Below, piece after piece: positions 1 to 10,002 of a stretch of 64,000 nucleotides of DNA. Every line of letters starts with the position of its first letter. The first letter of the stretch is position 1. Both the position numbers and the translations under genes were made by a program. The notes below the pieces were generated by a model. It saw only the letters and a list, made by a program, of their open reading frames with translations, searched no databases and was not told the DNA's origin. The DNA is taken from the NCBI GenBank assembly GCA_963727445.1, contig CAVSGI010000009.1, forward strand, positions 704,001-768,000, written 5' to 3'. This DNA comes from an uncultured delta proteobacterium. Lineage in GTDB: Bacteria > Myxococcota_A > Polyangia > Polyangiales > B10-G4.

Positions 1-807
1 CTCCGGCGCGGGCGCGCCATCGCGGAGCGCGGGTGCTTCTGCCAGGCGAAGCTCGACGTCGGGCTCGACGCCGAGCGCGAGGTTCAGGGCCGCGCGTTCC
101 TCGACGACGGCGCGCGCCGCGTCGAGGCGAGCGACGCGCGCGTCCGCGAGGAGCCGGGCCGCGCGGGCCACCTCGACGTCGGTCACCGCGCCGGCCTCGC
201 GCGCGGCGGCGAGGCTCTCGGCGAGCGACGCCGTGCGCTCTTCGCGCGCCTCGGCGAGGGCGAGCTCCTGCTCCAGGTAGATCGCGCGAAGGGTGTGGAG
301 CCTCGCGCCCTGCGCCGCCTGCCATTCCTGCCAGGCGATGTCGAGCTCGACGGATTGCACGTGCTCGCGCGCCGCGTGGGTCCGGGCGCCCACCGCCAAC
401 AGGGGGCTCACGTTCCACGACAGACCCACACCGTATCCGAGGACCACCGCCTCGTTTCCTCCGGTGGGGGCACCGAGCCAACCCTCGAGGCGTGGGTTGG
501 GAAGGATCCCGGCGCGGATCAGCTCGGACTCCGCGAGGCCGCGCTCGGTGCGGGCGACGACCAGGCGTGGGTTGTTGTCGACGGCGAGGAGCGCGGCCTC
601 TTCGGGCGCGAGACCGTCGCGATCGTCGAGCACCACGTCGGCGCTGTCGTCGCTCACGCTTCGCTCGTGGACGATGCGCGCCCGGAGCGTCCGGGCTGGT
701 GACCAGGCCGCCGGGATGGGGTCCGGACCAGGCGGCGGCCTGCGCGCGCCGCATCCGCCCGTGATCGCGACGAGCATCGTCGCGACGAGCATCCTCCGCG
801 GGCTCAT
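1..807 (-). CDS. TolC-family outer membrane efflux lipoprotein (3' end beyond window)
   Basis: Not in ORF track. Manual translation from ATG at 807 (ATGA overlap with the RND stop): MSPRRMLVATMLVAITGGC... LAPEEAALLAVDNNPRL...AGILPNPRL, open to the window edge; last gene of an RND operon. Confidence 0.85.
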   Translation of the reverse strand, partial: MSPRRMLVATMLVAITGGCGARRPPPGPDPIPAAWSPARTLRARIVHERSVSDDSADVVLDDRDGLAPEEAALLAVDNNPRLVVARTERGLAESELIRAGILPNPRLEGWLGAPTGGNEAVVLGYGVGLSWNVSPLLAVGARTHAAREHVQSVELDIAWQEWQAAQGARLHTLRAIYLEQELALAEAREERTASLAESLAAAREAGAVTDVEVARAARLLADARVARLDAARAVVEERAALNLALGVEPDVELRLAEAPALRDGAPAPE

Positions 808-3800
808 CGCTCGACCTCGGGAGCGCTGCCGCCTCGCCTGCGTCCGGCCCGCCACAGGTAGAACGCGGGGACGGCGAGCAGGTTGAGGGCGGTGGAGGTG
901 ACGAGGCCCGCGCAGACGACGACGGCCATCGGCGCTTCGAGCTCGCTTCCAGGGGCGCCGAGGGACGCCGCGAGTGGCAACAGCCCGAAGAAGGCCGTCG
1001 CCGCCGTCATCGCGATGGGGAGCAGCCGCTCGCGCGCCGCGGCGAGGACGATCTCCTCCGTCAGCGCGCCCCCGCTCTCGCCGAGGAGCTGGTTCTTGTG
1101 CGCGACGAGCATGATGCCGTTGCGGCTGATGATCCCGAAGAGCGCGACGAAGCCCACCAGCCCCGCCATCGAGAGCCCCTCCGGGATCAGGAGCGCGGCC
1201 ACTACGCCGCCCACGAGTCCGAGCGGAAGGCCCAGAAGCACCACGGCTGCATCGACGAGGGACCGGAACGCCATCCAGAGGAAGGCGAACACCGCCAAGA
1301 GAACGAGGGCCACCGTCAACACGAGCCGCGTGCTCGCGGTCTTGCGCTCGGCCGCCTGGCCGGCGAGCTCGAGGGAGACCCCCGGCGGGGGCGCGACCTC
1401 GCGCATCATGGCCTCCACCCGGTCCGCCGCGACGCTGGTGTCGCCCGGGCGGGTCGTCGCGGTGACCGTGAGCAGGCGCTGGCCGGCTTCGTGATCGACG
1501 ACGGGAGGCTCCGCGCCGTGCGCGAGCTCGGCGAAGCGGGAGAGTGGAAGCACGGCCGAGGCGGTCGAGACGGGTACGTCGGCCAGGCGCGTGGCCGCGG
1601 CGTCACGCGACGTACCGGCGAGCACCACCGGCGCGAAGAATCCGCCCGGCGTGGCGACCGACGCCACCTCGAGGCCCTGGTGGTATGCGGCGACGGTGTC
1701 GACCAGCTCGGTCCGCGACAGCCCATGGACCGCGAGGCGCGTGTCGTCGGTTCGCAGGTCGGTCGTGGGGACGTCGGACAGGCCGGAGGCGCGCACGTCA
1801 CGGATCTCCTCGATCCCCTCCATCCGCCGAACGAGTGACGAGGCGACCACGCGGAGCGCAGCCAGATCGTCGCCGCGGAGCTTCAGCGCGATGGGCGCGC
1901 GCTCACCCGAGAGGAGCTCGTTGATGCGCTCGCCCAGAAAGCCTTCCACGCCGAAGCGCACGCCGGCGATGTCGGCGAGCCGCGCGGAGATCTCCGACGC
2001 GATCTCCTCGGGCTCGGCGTCCTTCGGCAGCACGAGATCGATCTCGAGTCGATTGACTGGCGCCGCGTCCTCGTCGAGGCTCGCCCGGCCCGCCCGCGCC
2101 GCCACGTGACGTACGTCGGTCTCGTTCCTCAGCGTCTCGTCGATGCGTCCGGCCAGACGCATGGTCTCCTCGAGGGACGTCCCCGCCGGCGCGGTCACCG
2201 CGGCGATGAGCACGCCCTCGCGCAGCTCGGGCAGGAAGGCACCGCCGATGAAAGGCGCCGCGCAAAGCGCGCCCAGGCCGAGGACCGCGGCCATCACCAC
2301 CACCCGCCCCGGCGCTCGCCGGACCATCCGAAGCGCACCGTCGTAGGCGCGCGAGAGCACCAGCGAGAGCCTCGTGGGCGACGGGGCGCGATCGGCGAGG
2401 CGCGGCAGCAGGAGCGCTGCCAGCGCCGGCGTCACCGTGAGCGCCACCGCGAGCGAGGCCACGACCGCCAGCGCGTAGGTCTCGGCGAGGGGGCTGAAGA
2501 TCCGCCCGGTCAGCCCTCCGAGCACCATGATCGGCGTCAGCACCGCGACGACGATCGACGACGCGTAGACGACGGTGCCGCGCACTTCGCGCGATGCGTC
2601 GTGGATCACCGCGAGCGCGCTTCGCGGCGCCTCCAGCGCGCGATTGTCGCGGAGGCGCCGCCAGATGTTCTCCACGTCGACGATCGCGTCGTCGACCACC
2701 TCGCCCACGGCGACCGCGAGCCCTCCGAGGATCATCCCGTTCAGGGTCGTCCCCGCGGACAGGAGCACGGCGATCGCGGCCGCGATCGAGAGCGGAAGCG
2801 CGGTGAGGCTGATCACCGCGAGCCGTGGCGAGCGGAGCAGCGCGATGAGGATCGCGACCACGAAGAGCGCGCCGAGCGCCATCGCGCGCGCGAGTGAGCG
2901 AATCGAGGTGTGGACGAAGTCGGACTGACGAAAGGTCGGCGTGTTGCGCACGGCGCCTTCGGGGAGCTCGTCGTCCAGCTCGGCGAGCGCGCGCTCGACC
3001 TCTTCGGTCAGCCTCAGGGTGTCGGCCCACGGGAGCTTCTCCACCTGCACGTAGATCGCCGGCTTTCCGTCGTAGGACGCGGCGCCGACCGCGGGCGCGT
3101 GTCCTTCGCGCACGCTCGCCACGTCCGCGACCCGCACGGGTAGGCCGTCTCGCATGCCGACGACCGTCGCTTCGATCGCGTGCACGTCCTTCCAGGACCA
3201 GACGATGGGCGCGCGGATGGGCTCGCGCATGGGGCCGTCGCGGACGAAGCCGAGCGGGGTGAGGCCGGACCTCGGCGTCAGGCTCTCACCCCGACTGATG
3301 CCATCCACCAGGTCCCTCAGCGTGACGTCACGCGCGAGCATGCTGGCGGCGCGCGGCACGATCTCGATGCGCGGCGCGGGGCCGCCGTGCACGGTCACGC
3401 GCGACACGCCTTCGATCGCGGCGAGACGAGGGCGGAGCTGCCATTCGGCGAAACGGGTGAGCGCCGCGAGCTCCTCCGGGGTGCCGCCCGCCGTGGTGTA
3501 GGTGAGCTTGATCAGCGAGCCCACCGGGGCGGTGATGGGGGCGAGGCGAGGCTGGGGGAGGCTCTGGTTGAGCGTCTCCCGCGCGTCGGCGATGCGTTCG
3601 GAGACCAGCTGCCGCGCACGGAAGATGTCGACGCCCTCTTCGAAGGTCATCTGGACGACGCTGAGGCCGGGCGATGAGGTGGAGCGGATGCGCGTCACCC
3701 GCGGGATGCCCAACAGGGCGCGCTCCAGAGGGTTGGTGACGAGCTCCTCCACATCCAGGCTGCCGAGGCCCGGGGCCTCGGTCTGCACCACGACGACCGA

Positions 3801-3965
3801 CGGGGTGAAATTCGGGAGCGCGTCCAGACGCGCGTCTCGCCCGAGCCAGACCGCGAAGCCCAGAAGCGCGAGCGCAAAGGCGATGACCAGCTGCCGATGC
3901 GCGATGGCACCACGGATGATCGCGTCGAAGAGCCAGCTCAAGGCGCCGCCTGCGCTTCGGTCCAT
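804..3965 (-). CDS. CusA/CzcA-type RND efflux permease
   Basis: 1053 aa; LDALPNF..VVVQTEAPG, GEVVDDAIVDVENI, RLLPIAMTA motifs; multiple TM segments. Confidence 0.93.
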   Translation of the reverse strand: MDRSAGGALSWLFDAIIRGAIAHRQLVIAFALALLGFAVWLGRDARLDALPNFTPSVVVVQTEAPGLGSLDVEELVTNPLERALLGIPRVTRIRSTSSPGLSVVQMTFEEGVDIFRARQLVSERIADARETLNQSLPQPRLAPITAPVGSLIKLTYTTAGGTPEELAALTRFAEWQLRPRLAAIEGVSRVTVHGGPAPRIEIVPRAASMLARDVTLRDLVDGISRGESLTPRSGLTPLGFVRDGPMREPIRAPIVWSWKDVHAIEATVVGMRDGLPVRVADVASVREGHAPAVGAASYDGKPAIYVQVEKLPWADTLRLTEEVERALAELDDELPEGAVRNTPTFRQSDFVHTSIRSLARAMALGALFVVAILIALLRSPRLAVISLTALPLSIAAAIAVLLSAGTTLNGMILGGLAVAVGEVVDDAIVDVENIWRRLRDNRALEAPRSALAVIHDASREVRGTVVYASSIVVAVLTPIMVLGGLTGRIFSPLAETYALAVVASLAVALTVTPALAALLLPRLADRAPSPTRLSLVLSRAYDGALRMVRRAPGRVVVMAAVLGLGALCAAPFIGGAFLPELREGVLIAAVTAPAGTSLEETMRLAGRIDETLRNETDVRHVAARAGRASLDEDAAPVNRLEIDLVLPKDAEPEEIASEISARLADIAGVRFGVEGFLGERINELLSGERAPIALKLRGDDLAALRVVASSLVRRMEGIEEIRDVRASGLSDVPTTDLRTDDTRLAVHGLSRTELVDTVAAYHQGLEVASVATPGGFFAPVVLAGTSRDAAATRLADVPVSTASAVLPLSRFAELAHGAEPPVVDHEAGQRLLTVTATTRPGDTSVAADRVEAMMREVAPPPGVSLELAGQAAERKTASTRLVLTVALVLLAVFAFLWMAFRSLVDAAVVLLGLPLGLVGGVVAALLIPEGLSMAGLVGFVALFGIISRNGIMLVAHKNQLLGESGGALTEEIVLAAARERLLPIAMTAATAFFGLLPLAASLGAPGSELEAPMAVVVCAGLVTSTALNLLAVPAFYLWRAGRRRGGSAPEVER

Positions 3966-5110
3966 CGGCCGGCGGCGATCACCTCACCGAGCAGCTCGAT
4001 CGCCCCTCGGGTCACGACGAGATCGCCAGCTTCGAGCGCACCGGTGACGACCACCCGATCCTGGTCGTCGCGCGCCACCACCTCGACGCGGCGGGGTGCG
4101 TAGTGCCCCTCCTCCCGCGCCACGAAGACGGCGGCCTCGCTGGCTCCCCGGACGACCGCGTCGCCGGGCACGACGAGCCCGCTCGCGCGGTGCTCGACCT
4201 CGACCGGCACCGTCGCTCCGGGAGGAAGCGACGCGGCGGCCTCGGGCGGCGCCTCCAGGCGATCTCTGCGCGTTCCGTCGGGATCCACCACGGCGCCGCG
4301 CATCACGAAGCTCACGCGGACCGCTCCCGTCAGCCCGATCGCGAGGTAGCCGTCACCGACCGAGTCGTCAGGAGCAGCCGCGAGGTCGATCCAGCGAGGC
4401 CCCTCGCGTACGATCCGAACGACCGTCGATCCCTGCTCGATGAGCGAGCCGGTGTCGGAGTCGACGAGGGCGACGATACCCGCGACCGGCGCCCTCAGCG
4501 TCATGTGGCCGCCGGTCATGCGCCCGAGCTCGGCGCGGGCGCGCTGCAGGCTCTCTGCGCGGGTGCTCAGGGCGGTCATCTCCGCGTCTGCACCGGCGAG
4601 CTCGGCTTCGGTGGCGAGGCCGGCCGCCGCGAGGGCCGCGACGCGCGCGCGATTCGATTGCTCGGCCGTGACGCGGGCGTGGGCCCCCTCGATCTGACCC
4701 GTGAGCTCCCGCCTCCGAGCTTCGAGTGCGGCGCGAGAAGCGCTGTCGACCAGGGGCTCGATCTCCGCGAGGGCGTCGCCCGCCTCGACGTGCGCTCCCA
4801 ACGTGACGAGGGGAGCGACGAGGCGCCCCATCACCGGCGCCGTCACGAGCACGTCCTCGTCCGGGCGGCCGATGACCCTGCCGTAGCGGGTCGCCGTCGC
4901 CGTGACCGATCCCTGTTCCACCGGCGCGGTCTCGAGGCCGAGCGCTTCCCGCTCGCGCTCGTTCAGGACGACGTTCCCCTCCGCGTCGACGCGGTCTCGC
5001 CCGAGCTGGCCTTCCTCCGCCTCCTCGTCCTGTCGTCCCTCGCCGCAGGCGGCGCCGGCGATCAGCGCAAGAGCGACCGCGGCGAGCGCAAGAGCGTGTG
5101 CCCTGCGCAC
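3938..5110 (-). CDS. RND periplasmic adaptor (membrane fusion protein), lipoprotein
   Basis: Likely GTG start at 5110 (VRRAHALAL...AGAAC); lipoyl-like halves (VTAPVMGR, LRAPVAGIV), coiled coil, C-terminal GDLVVTRGA. Confidence 0.88.
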   Translation of the reverse strand: MRRAHALALAAVALALIAGAACGEGRQDEEAEEGQLGRDRVDAEGNVVLNEREREALGLETAPVEQGSVTATATRYGRVIGRPDEDVLVTAPVMGRLVAPLVTLGAHVEAGDALAEIEPLVDSASRAALEARRRELTGQIEGAHARVTAEQSNRARVAALAAAGLATEAELAGADAEMTALSTRAESLQRARAELGRMTGGHMTLRAPVAGIVALVDSDTGSLIEQGSTVVRIVREGPRWIDLAAAPDDSVGDGYLAIGLTGAVRVSFVMRGAVVDPDGTRRDRLEAPPEAAASLPPGATVPVEVEHRASGLVVPGDAVVRGASEAAVFVAREEGHYAPRRVEVVARDDQDRVVVTGALEAGDLVVTRGAIELLGEVIAAGRWTEAQAAP

Positions 5111-5111
5111 G

Positions 5112-5963
5112 TCATCCCCCCACACCGGGGACGAGGGCGAGGATCGCGTCGCCGTACAGCGCCCCGAGGGTGAGCGAAGCCATGAGCGCGGCCGGTACGA
5201 GGAGGGACCATCGCGGGGCGCCGTGTGCTCCTGCGCGGGCCCGTGACTCGGCGTCCGCCGCGAGCAGGCGCCGAACGCGGAGGGCGAGCTGGTGGCCGTC
5301 CCCGATGATGCGCGCCGCGGCTGTGGTCCCGACGCCGGCATCGAGTCGGGCGGCTAGAAGGATGCTCTCCGCGAGGGCCGTCGGCGAGGCGCCGTCCCGA
5401 ATCGCCTCGTCGTCCCGCTCGGTTTCGAGGGCGAAGAGCCAGCGAGACAAGCGCGCCCTTCCGCCGCCCAGAGGGTAGGTGAGGTCCGTCGCGAGCTGTG
5501 CGAGCCAGATGCGAAGGGGATCGCGGTGTCGTGCGTGCGCGGCTTCGTGGGCGAGCGCTGCGGCGAGGACTTCGGGGCTGGCGGCGCGGGCGAACGCGTC
5601 GGAGACGACGATTCGGCACCGAAAGAGGCCCAGGGTCGCGATGGCGGGCCGTGAGCCGTGCGCGCCGAGGATCGACCGGCACGCGCGCAGCAGTGCGCGC
5701 GCGATCACCAGGCCGGCGAGGAGCGACAGCCCCTCGGCCAGTATCGGTGTGTGCTCGTCCGCGGGGCTGGGCTCGACGATGGCCCAACCCGCGAAGAAGG
5801 CGAGCGCCGCCCCCCCCGCGATCAGCGGCCCCCACATGGAACGCGCAGGCGCTTCGAAGCCGTCCCACCCGCGCGCCTTCAGAGAGGAGAGCGCTCCCGT
5901 CGACCAGAGGATCACGCTGGCGAGGGCGAGGCCGAAGGTGAAGAAGAAGAAGAGGGGACTCAT
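5112..5963 (-). CDS. BlaR1/M56-family membrane metallopeptidase
   Basis: LAHEAAHARHRDPL (HExxH) and downstream E (ETERDDEA); TM helices; follows a BlaI-type gene. Confidence 0.85.
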   Translation of the reverse strand: MSPLFFFFTFGLALASVILWSTGALSSLKARGWDGFEAPARSMWGPLIAGGAALAFFAGWAIVEPSPADEHTPILAEGLSLLAGLVIARALLRACRSILGAHGSRPAIATLGLFRCRIVVSDAFARAASPEVLAAALAHEAAHARHRDPLRIWLAQLATDLTYPLGGGRARLSRWLFALETERDDEAIRDGASPTALAESILLAARLDAGVGTTAAARIIGDGHQLALRVRRLLAADAESRARAGAHGAPRWSLLVPAALMASLTLGALYGDAILALVPGVGG

Positions 5964-6361
5964 TCGTCGTCCTTCCCCTTTTCCTGACGCGCGGCGAGCT
6001 CCCGCTCGAGCGCGCCCAGGAGGTCGGGGGACAGATCCTCGATGGCGCCGACCAAGGCTGCCATCGCGGGCACCGGCTCACCACCGGTGAGCTGCGCGAG
6101 AAAGCTCCGCGCCATCGCGCGCTGTGTCTCGGCGCGGGTCGTCACCGCGGAGTAGATGAACGCGCGCCCCGCCTTGCGGCGAGAGAGCAGGCCCTTCGTG
6201 ACCAGGCGGTCGAGGACCTTGGCGACGGTGGTGTAGACGATGCCGCGCGGCTCCCCGACGGACTCGAAGAGCTCGCGCGCGGTGCGACCCTCCCCAGCCA
6301 CCCAGAGCTCGTTGAGGAGGGTGAGCTCGAGCTCGCCTCCTGGAATCACCTCTTCGGCCAT
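5960..6361 (-). CDS. BlaI/MecI/CopY family repressor
   Basis: GELELTLLNELW...YTTVAKVLDRLVTKGLL...GRAFIYSA winged-HTH signature. Confidence 0.92.
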   Translation of the reverse strand: MAEEVIPGGELELTLLNELWVAGEGRTARELFESVGEPRGIVYTTVAKVLDRLVTKGLLSRRKAGRAFIYSAVTTRAETQRAMARSFLAQLTGGEPVPAMAALVGAIEDLSPDLLGALERELAARQEKGKDDE

Positions 6362-6374
6362 CGTCCGAGCATGA

Positions 6375-6413
6375 TACGACGGGCGTCGTAGATTGGCTAC
6401 GACAAGCGTCGTA
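6375..6413. promoter_or_regulatory. Twin BlaI-type operator TACGAC-N4-GTCGTA overlapping the -10 (TATCAT, 6371-6376, minus)
   Basis: Two perfect inverted repeats, at 6375-6390 and 6398-6413, directly upstream of the repressor gene. Confidence 0.8.
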
Positions 6414-6463
6414 TGTCGGCCAGGACGCGGCCAGTAATTGCCCGATTTCGGGGACTTGGCCCC

Positions 6464-7324
6464 TCATCGCCGGCGCTGCTGGGACACGCCCAGCGCGATG
6501 CTCCCGAGGGTGACGACGCTGGCGATGGCCAGCCTCGAGGTCACCTCCTCGGAGAGGAAGGCGACGCCCCCCGCCGCGGCGATGACGGGAACCGAGAGCT
6601 GCACCAGCGCGGCTCGGGTGGCGGTCAGGTCCCGGAGCGCGAGATACCAGATCGCATAGCCCAAGCCCGAGGTGACGCCGCCACTGATGAGGGCGTAGAT
6701 CGCGCCCTCGGTGCTCATCGACAGCCGTCCGTGAAAGATCACGGCCACGGGGGTCACCAGAAGGGCGGCCCTGCCGAAGGCAGCGGCGGTGCGTGCGGTC
6801 GGGTCGTCGAGGCCCTGGCCGGCGATCGAATACAAGCCCCAACCGGCGCCCGCGACGAGCATGAGAACAGCGCCCAGCGGGTCGGGCGCGGTGACACCGG
6901 GCGAGACCAGGTAGACCAAGCCGGCGCCCGCCCCCACGATCGCCATCCACTCCGCGGGGCTGGGTCGTTCGCCTCTGCGGATCCCCAGGCCGAGCATCGT
7001 GAGCTGCACGCCACCGAAGAGCAGGAGGGCCCCGGTGCCGGTGTCGAGCACCACGTAGGCCAGGGAGAAGGGTAGAGCGTAGCCGAGGAGGAAGAAGGCG
7101 CGCTTCCAGTCACCGAGGCCGCCCGCCTCGACACTCCGTCGCCCGCCGATCGTGAGCGCCAGCAGCACCAGCGCCCCCGCCACGACGCGCAGCGTGGTGA
7201 ACGAGAGGGGATCGATCGCCTCGTCCGCCAGCGCGAGCCGACAGAGCACCGAGTTGGCGGCGAAGGCCACCATCGCGACCGTGGTCAGGCCGAGGACACG
7301 CGCGCCGGCTCGTCCCTGTCCCAT
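6464..7324 (-). CDS. DMT/EamA family transporter
   Basis: 286 aa, about 10 TM; AFAANSVLCRLAL, SGLGYAIWY, VQLSVPVIA. Confidence 0.9.
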   Translation of the reverse strand: MGQGRAGARVLGLTTVAMVAFAANSVLCRLALADEAIDPLSFTTLRVVAGALVLLALTIGGRRSVEAGGLGDWKRAFFLLGYALPFSLAYVVLDTGTGALLLFGGVQLTMLGLGIRRGERPSPAEWMAIVGAGAGLVYLVSPGVTAPDPLGAVLMLVAGAGWGLYSIAGQGLDDPTARTAAAFGRAALLVTPVAVIFHGRLSMSTEGAIYALISGGVTSGLGYAIWYLALRDLTATRAALVQLSVPVIAAAGGVAFLSEEVTSRLAIASVVTLGSIALGVSQQRRR

Positions 7325-7349
7325 GCCCTCTCCTCGGGCATGGATGCTA

Positions 7350-7820
7350 CTACAGGGTCATCCCGCCGGAGATGCTGACGTTGTCGAAGCCGGCGCCGTT
7401 CGCCAGATCCATGGCGTTGATCATTTCCTCGAAGCGGACTCCGTCCTCTGGGGACACGATGAGGTCGTGTGGGTTGCGGGCCAGGCGCTGCCGCTGCTGG
7501 AGCGCCTCCACCAGGCTCTCGTCGTCGTAGCGCTCCCCGCTCTTGGGGATGCTGGTGGACTCGCCCAGGGTCGAGCCCAGGACGTAGCCGTCGGGGGTGA
7601 CCTGGAGGATGACCCGTTCGATGTCGTTCTCCGAGACCGAATCCGCGGTGTCGCCGGGGATCTGCTGATTGGCCTCGATCGCGGCGAGCTGGTTCCACAC
7701 CGCCGAGACCAGAAGAAACATCACGCAGCACAGGAGCAGGTCGATGAAGGGGATCAAAGGGATCTCCGCGTCCACCGACTTCTTGCCTCCGCTGCCTCCA
7801 CCCACCGCGATCTGCGCCAT
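7350..7820 (-). CDS. ExbD/TolR-family protein, orphan AglQ-like paralog
   Basis: EIPLIPFIDLLLCCVMFLLV TM with conserved Asp; N-terminus nearly identical to 11676-12152; GGAGG RBS. Confidence 0.88.
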   Translation of the reverse strand: MAQIAVGGGSGGKKSVDAEIPLIPFIDLLLCCVMFLLVSAVWNQLAAIEANQQIPGDTADSVSENDIERVILQVTPDGYVLGSTLGESTSIPKSGERYDDESLVEALQQRQRLARNPHDLIVSPEDGVRFEEMINAMDLANGAGFDNVSISGGMTL

Positions 7821-7872
7821 TTCGGCCTCCTCTCCCTCTTGAGAGGCCAGGGACGCTCAAAAGTTCCAGGCG

Positions 7873-9333
7873 TCAGCAGGAACCGGAGGGGTTGCAGATG
7901 ATGCGACCACCCCCGCAGTCGACCTCGGTCTGGTCGCAGCGCGTGAAACCGCAGGTGATCGCGCCCGTGCAGAGGACCTCGCAGTCCGCACCACTGCGGC
8001 AGTCGACCCCGCAGTCCGTGGCGCCCTGGCAGTCCACCGTACACGTGGTGCCGGCGTTGTCGCAGCGGGAGGTGACCGGATTGGTGTTGTATCGGAAGTC
8101 CGATCTGCAGGTGGCACCCCCGCTGCAACGCGAGCTCGCCGTCGCGTCGTTGCCGAGGATGACGCACTCGATCCCGCTGCCCTGACAGTGCGAGTCACAC
8201 ATGGGGTCGGTGCAGACGTATCCACAGGTGCCGCTGTCGCACATGCACGTCGAGCCCGCGGGACAGCCGGTGCACGTGGTGCCGAGGCAATCGGTGTAGC
8301 AGGTGGTGCCGTTGCAGACGCCCGCGCAGGGACTGCCGCACGAGCCGCAGTTCGACTCGTCGAAGGCGGTGTTCGCTTCGCAGGTCACCCCGTCGCCGTC
8401 GCAGTCGGCGAAGGGCTCTGTGCACGGGCCGACCACGCAGGTACCCGTGGAGCAATCGCCGGTCGCCCCGGTCGGTGCGCAAGGCACGCCACATGCGCCG
8501 CAATCGGTCGCGGAGTGGAGGTCGTTCTCGCAGCCGTTCGTCGTGTCCCCATCACAATCACCGAAGCCGATGTCGCACGTGTAGCCACACGACCCGGCGT
8601 CGCAGTCCGATGTGGCGTGGGCGGCCGAGCAGACGTTGTCGCAGGTGCCACAGGTCGCCGCCAGCGTCAGGTCTGCCTCGCACCCATTCGACATGTCGCC
8701 GTCACAGTCTTCGAAGCCGGGGTCGCAGCTGAAGTCGCAGCTGCCGCCGGAGCAGGTGGGTGTGGCGTTCGTCGGCGCCGGGCAGTCGTGGCCGCAAGAG
8801 CCGCAGTTGGAGGGATCCGTGCCCAGGTCGGCGCAGCTCGTCCCACACAGCATCGTTCCGCCGCTGCACATGGCCACGCAGCTCCCGGCCTGACAGAGCG
8901 GGGCGGTGGAGTTGCAGGTGGTGGCGCAGGAGCCACAGCTGGTGGGTTGGTTGAGCGACGCTTCACAGCCGTCGCCGGGGTCATCGTTGCAGTTCGCGAA
9001 GCCGTCGTCGCATCGCGGTTCGCAGCGCCCGTCGACACAGGCGGGGGCCGCGTTTGCCGGGGCCGGGTTACAGAAGTTGCGGCAGGAGCCACAGTTCTGT
9101 GGGTCGCGACTGGTGTCGAACCCCTCGTCGGTCAGCCCGTCGCAGTCGTCGTCGGCGTCGTTGCAGCTCTCCGCCCGAGGCGTGCAGGCGTCGGGAGGCG
9201 CGACGGTGGTGTCCGGACGCCCCGAATCCGTTCGGGGGGCGTCCATCGACGCATCGCTGCTCGGCGCGATGGCGGTGGACTCGAGGGAACACGCCGCGAG
9301 GCTCGCGAGTAGGAGTGCGAAGAGGGGTCGCAC
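7873..9333 (-). CDS. Cysteine-rich repeat lipoprotein (myxobacterial type)
   Basis: Lipobox LAAC; CNDADDDCDGLTDEG module; repeated DPxNCGSC and GFxDCDGDxxNGCE units. Confidence 0.85.
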   Translation of the reverse strand: MRPLFALLLASLAACSLESTAIAPSSDASMDAPRTDSGRPDTTVAPPDACTPRAESCNDADDDCDGLTDEGFDTSRDPQNCGSCRNFCNPAPANAAPACVDGRCEPRCDDGFANCNDDPGDGCEASLNQPTSCGSCATTCNSTAPLCQAGSCVAMCSGGTMLCGTSCADLGTDPSNCGSCGHDCPAPTNATPTCSGGSCDFSCDPGFEDCDGDMSNGCEADLTLAATCGTCDNVCSAAHATSDCDAGSCGYTCDIGFGDCDGDTTNGCENDLHSATDCGACGVPCAPTGATGDCSTGTCVVGPCTEPFADCDGDGVTCEANTAFDESNCGSCGSPCAGVCNGTTCYTDCLGTTCTGCPAGSTCMCDSGTCGYVCTDPMCDSHCQGSGIECVILGNDATASSRCSGGATCRSDFRYNTNPVTSRCDNAGTTCTVDCQGATDCGVDCRSGADCEVLCTGAITCGFTRCDQTEVDCGGGRIICNPSGSC

Positions 9334-9351
9334 CTCAACAGTATAGTAGGA

Positions 9352-10002
9352 TCAGTGCAGGGCTTCACGAAAGGCGCGCTCCGCCGCCTCGGCGGGCGTG
9401 TCGACGAAGGCGGCGATCAGGCTCATCAGGCCCATGGAGGCGGTTCCCACCGCGATGCTCGTTCCAGCGCTGCCGTCGATCTCCCCTGCCGCGGTCAGGC
9501 CGATCATGATGGACGAGGCGATCACCAGCGCCACTCCGAGGCCGATCGAGAAGCCGCGGCGGAGGCGGGATGTGCTCGCCTCTTCTGCCAGCTCGCGCTC
9601 GAAGACGTGTAGCTCTTCGTGGGTGAGCCCGTCGGCGCGCGCGGCTCTGAATCGTCTCAGCCGATCCCACCCTTCCGAGTCGTCGCTCATGGCGGCGATG
9701 CGAAAGCCGGTCATCACCAGGAGCGCTGTCGCGCCGACCAAGCAGCCGATCCCCAGCCCCACGTCGCCGGCCTGCACGCCGTCGGTCCCGGGGTCGGGGA
9801 TCAGGTAGTCGACCCCGCAATAGATCTCGTACACGCCGGTGGTCGCGCCACGCGCCGCGTTGATGAACTGAATCGCGTCGAAGCGCTCCATCGGGATGCG
9901 GAGCGCGAGCTCGAGCGCCTCGGGATCGGGGGACTGCGCCTGGGCGGCGGCTGGAGCGGCGATGACGATGAGGAAGGTGAGCGGGAGGAGGAGGCGCGTC
10001 AC
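9352..10002 (-). CDS. Hypothetical membrane protein with signal peptide
   Basis: 216 aa; signal-like N-terminus and 3-4 hydrophobic segments; ATGA overlap with the upstream gene. Confidence 0.7.
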   Translation of the reverse strand: MTRLLLPLTFLIVIAAPAAAQAQSPDPEALELALRIPMERFDAIQFINAARGATTGVYEIYCGVDYLIPDPGTDGVQAGDVGLGIGCLVGATALLVMTGFRIAAMSDDSEGWDRLRRFRAARADGLTHEELHVFERELAEEASTSRLRRGFSIGLGVALVIASSIMIGLTAAGEIDGSAGTSIAVGTASMGLMSLIAAFVDTPAEAAERAFREALH

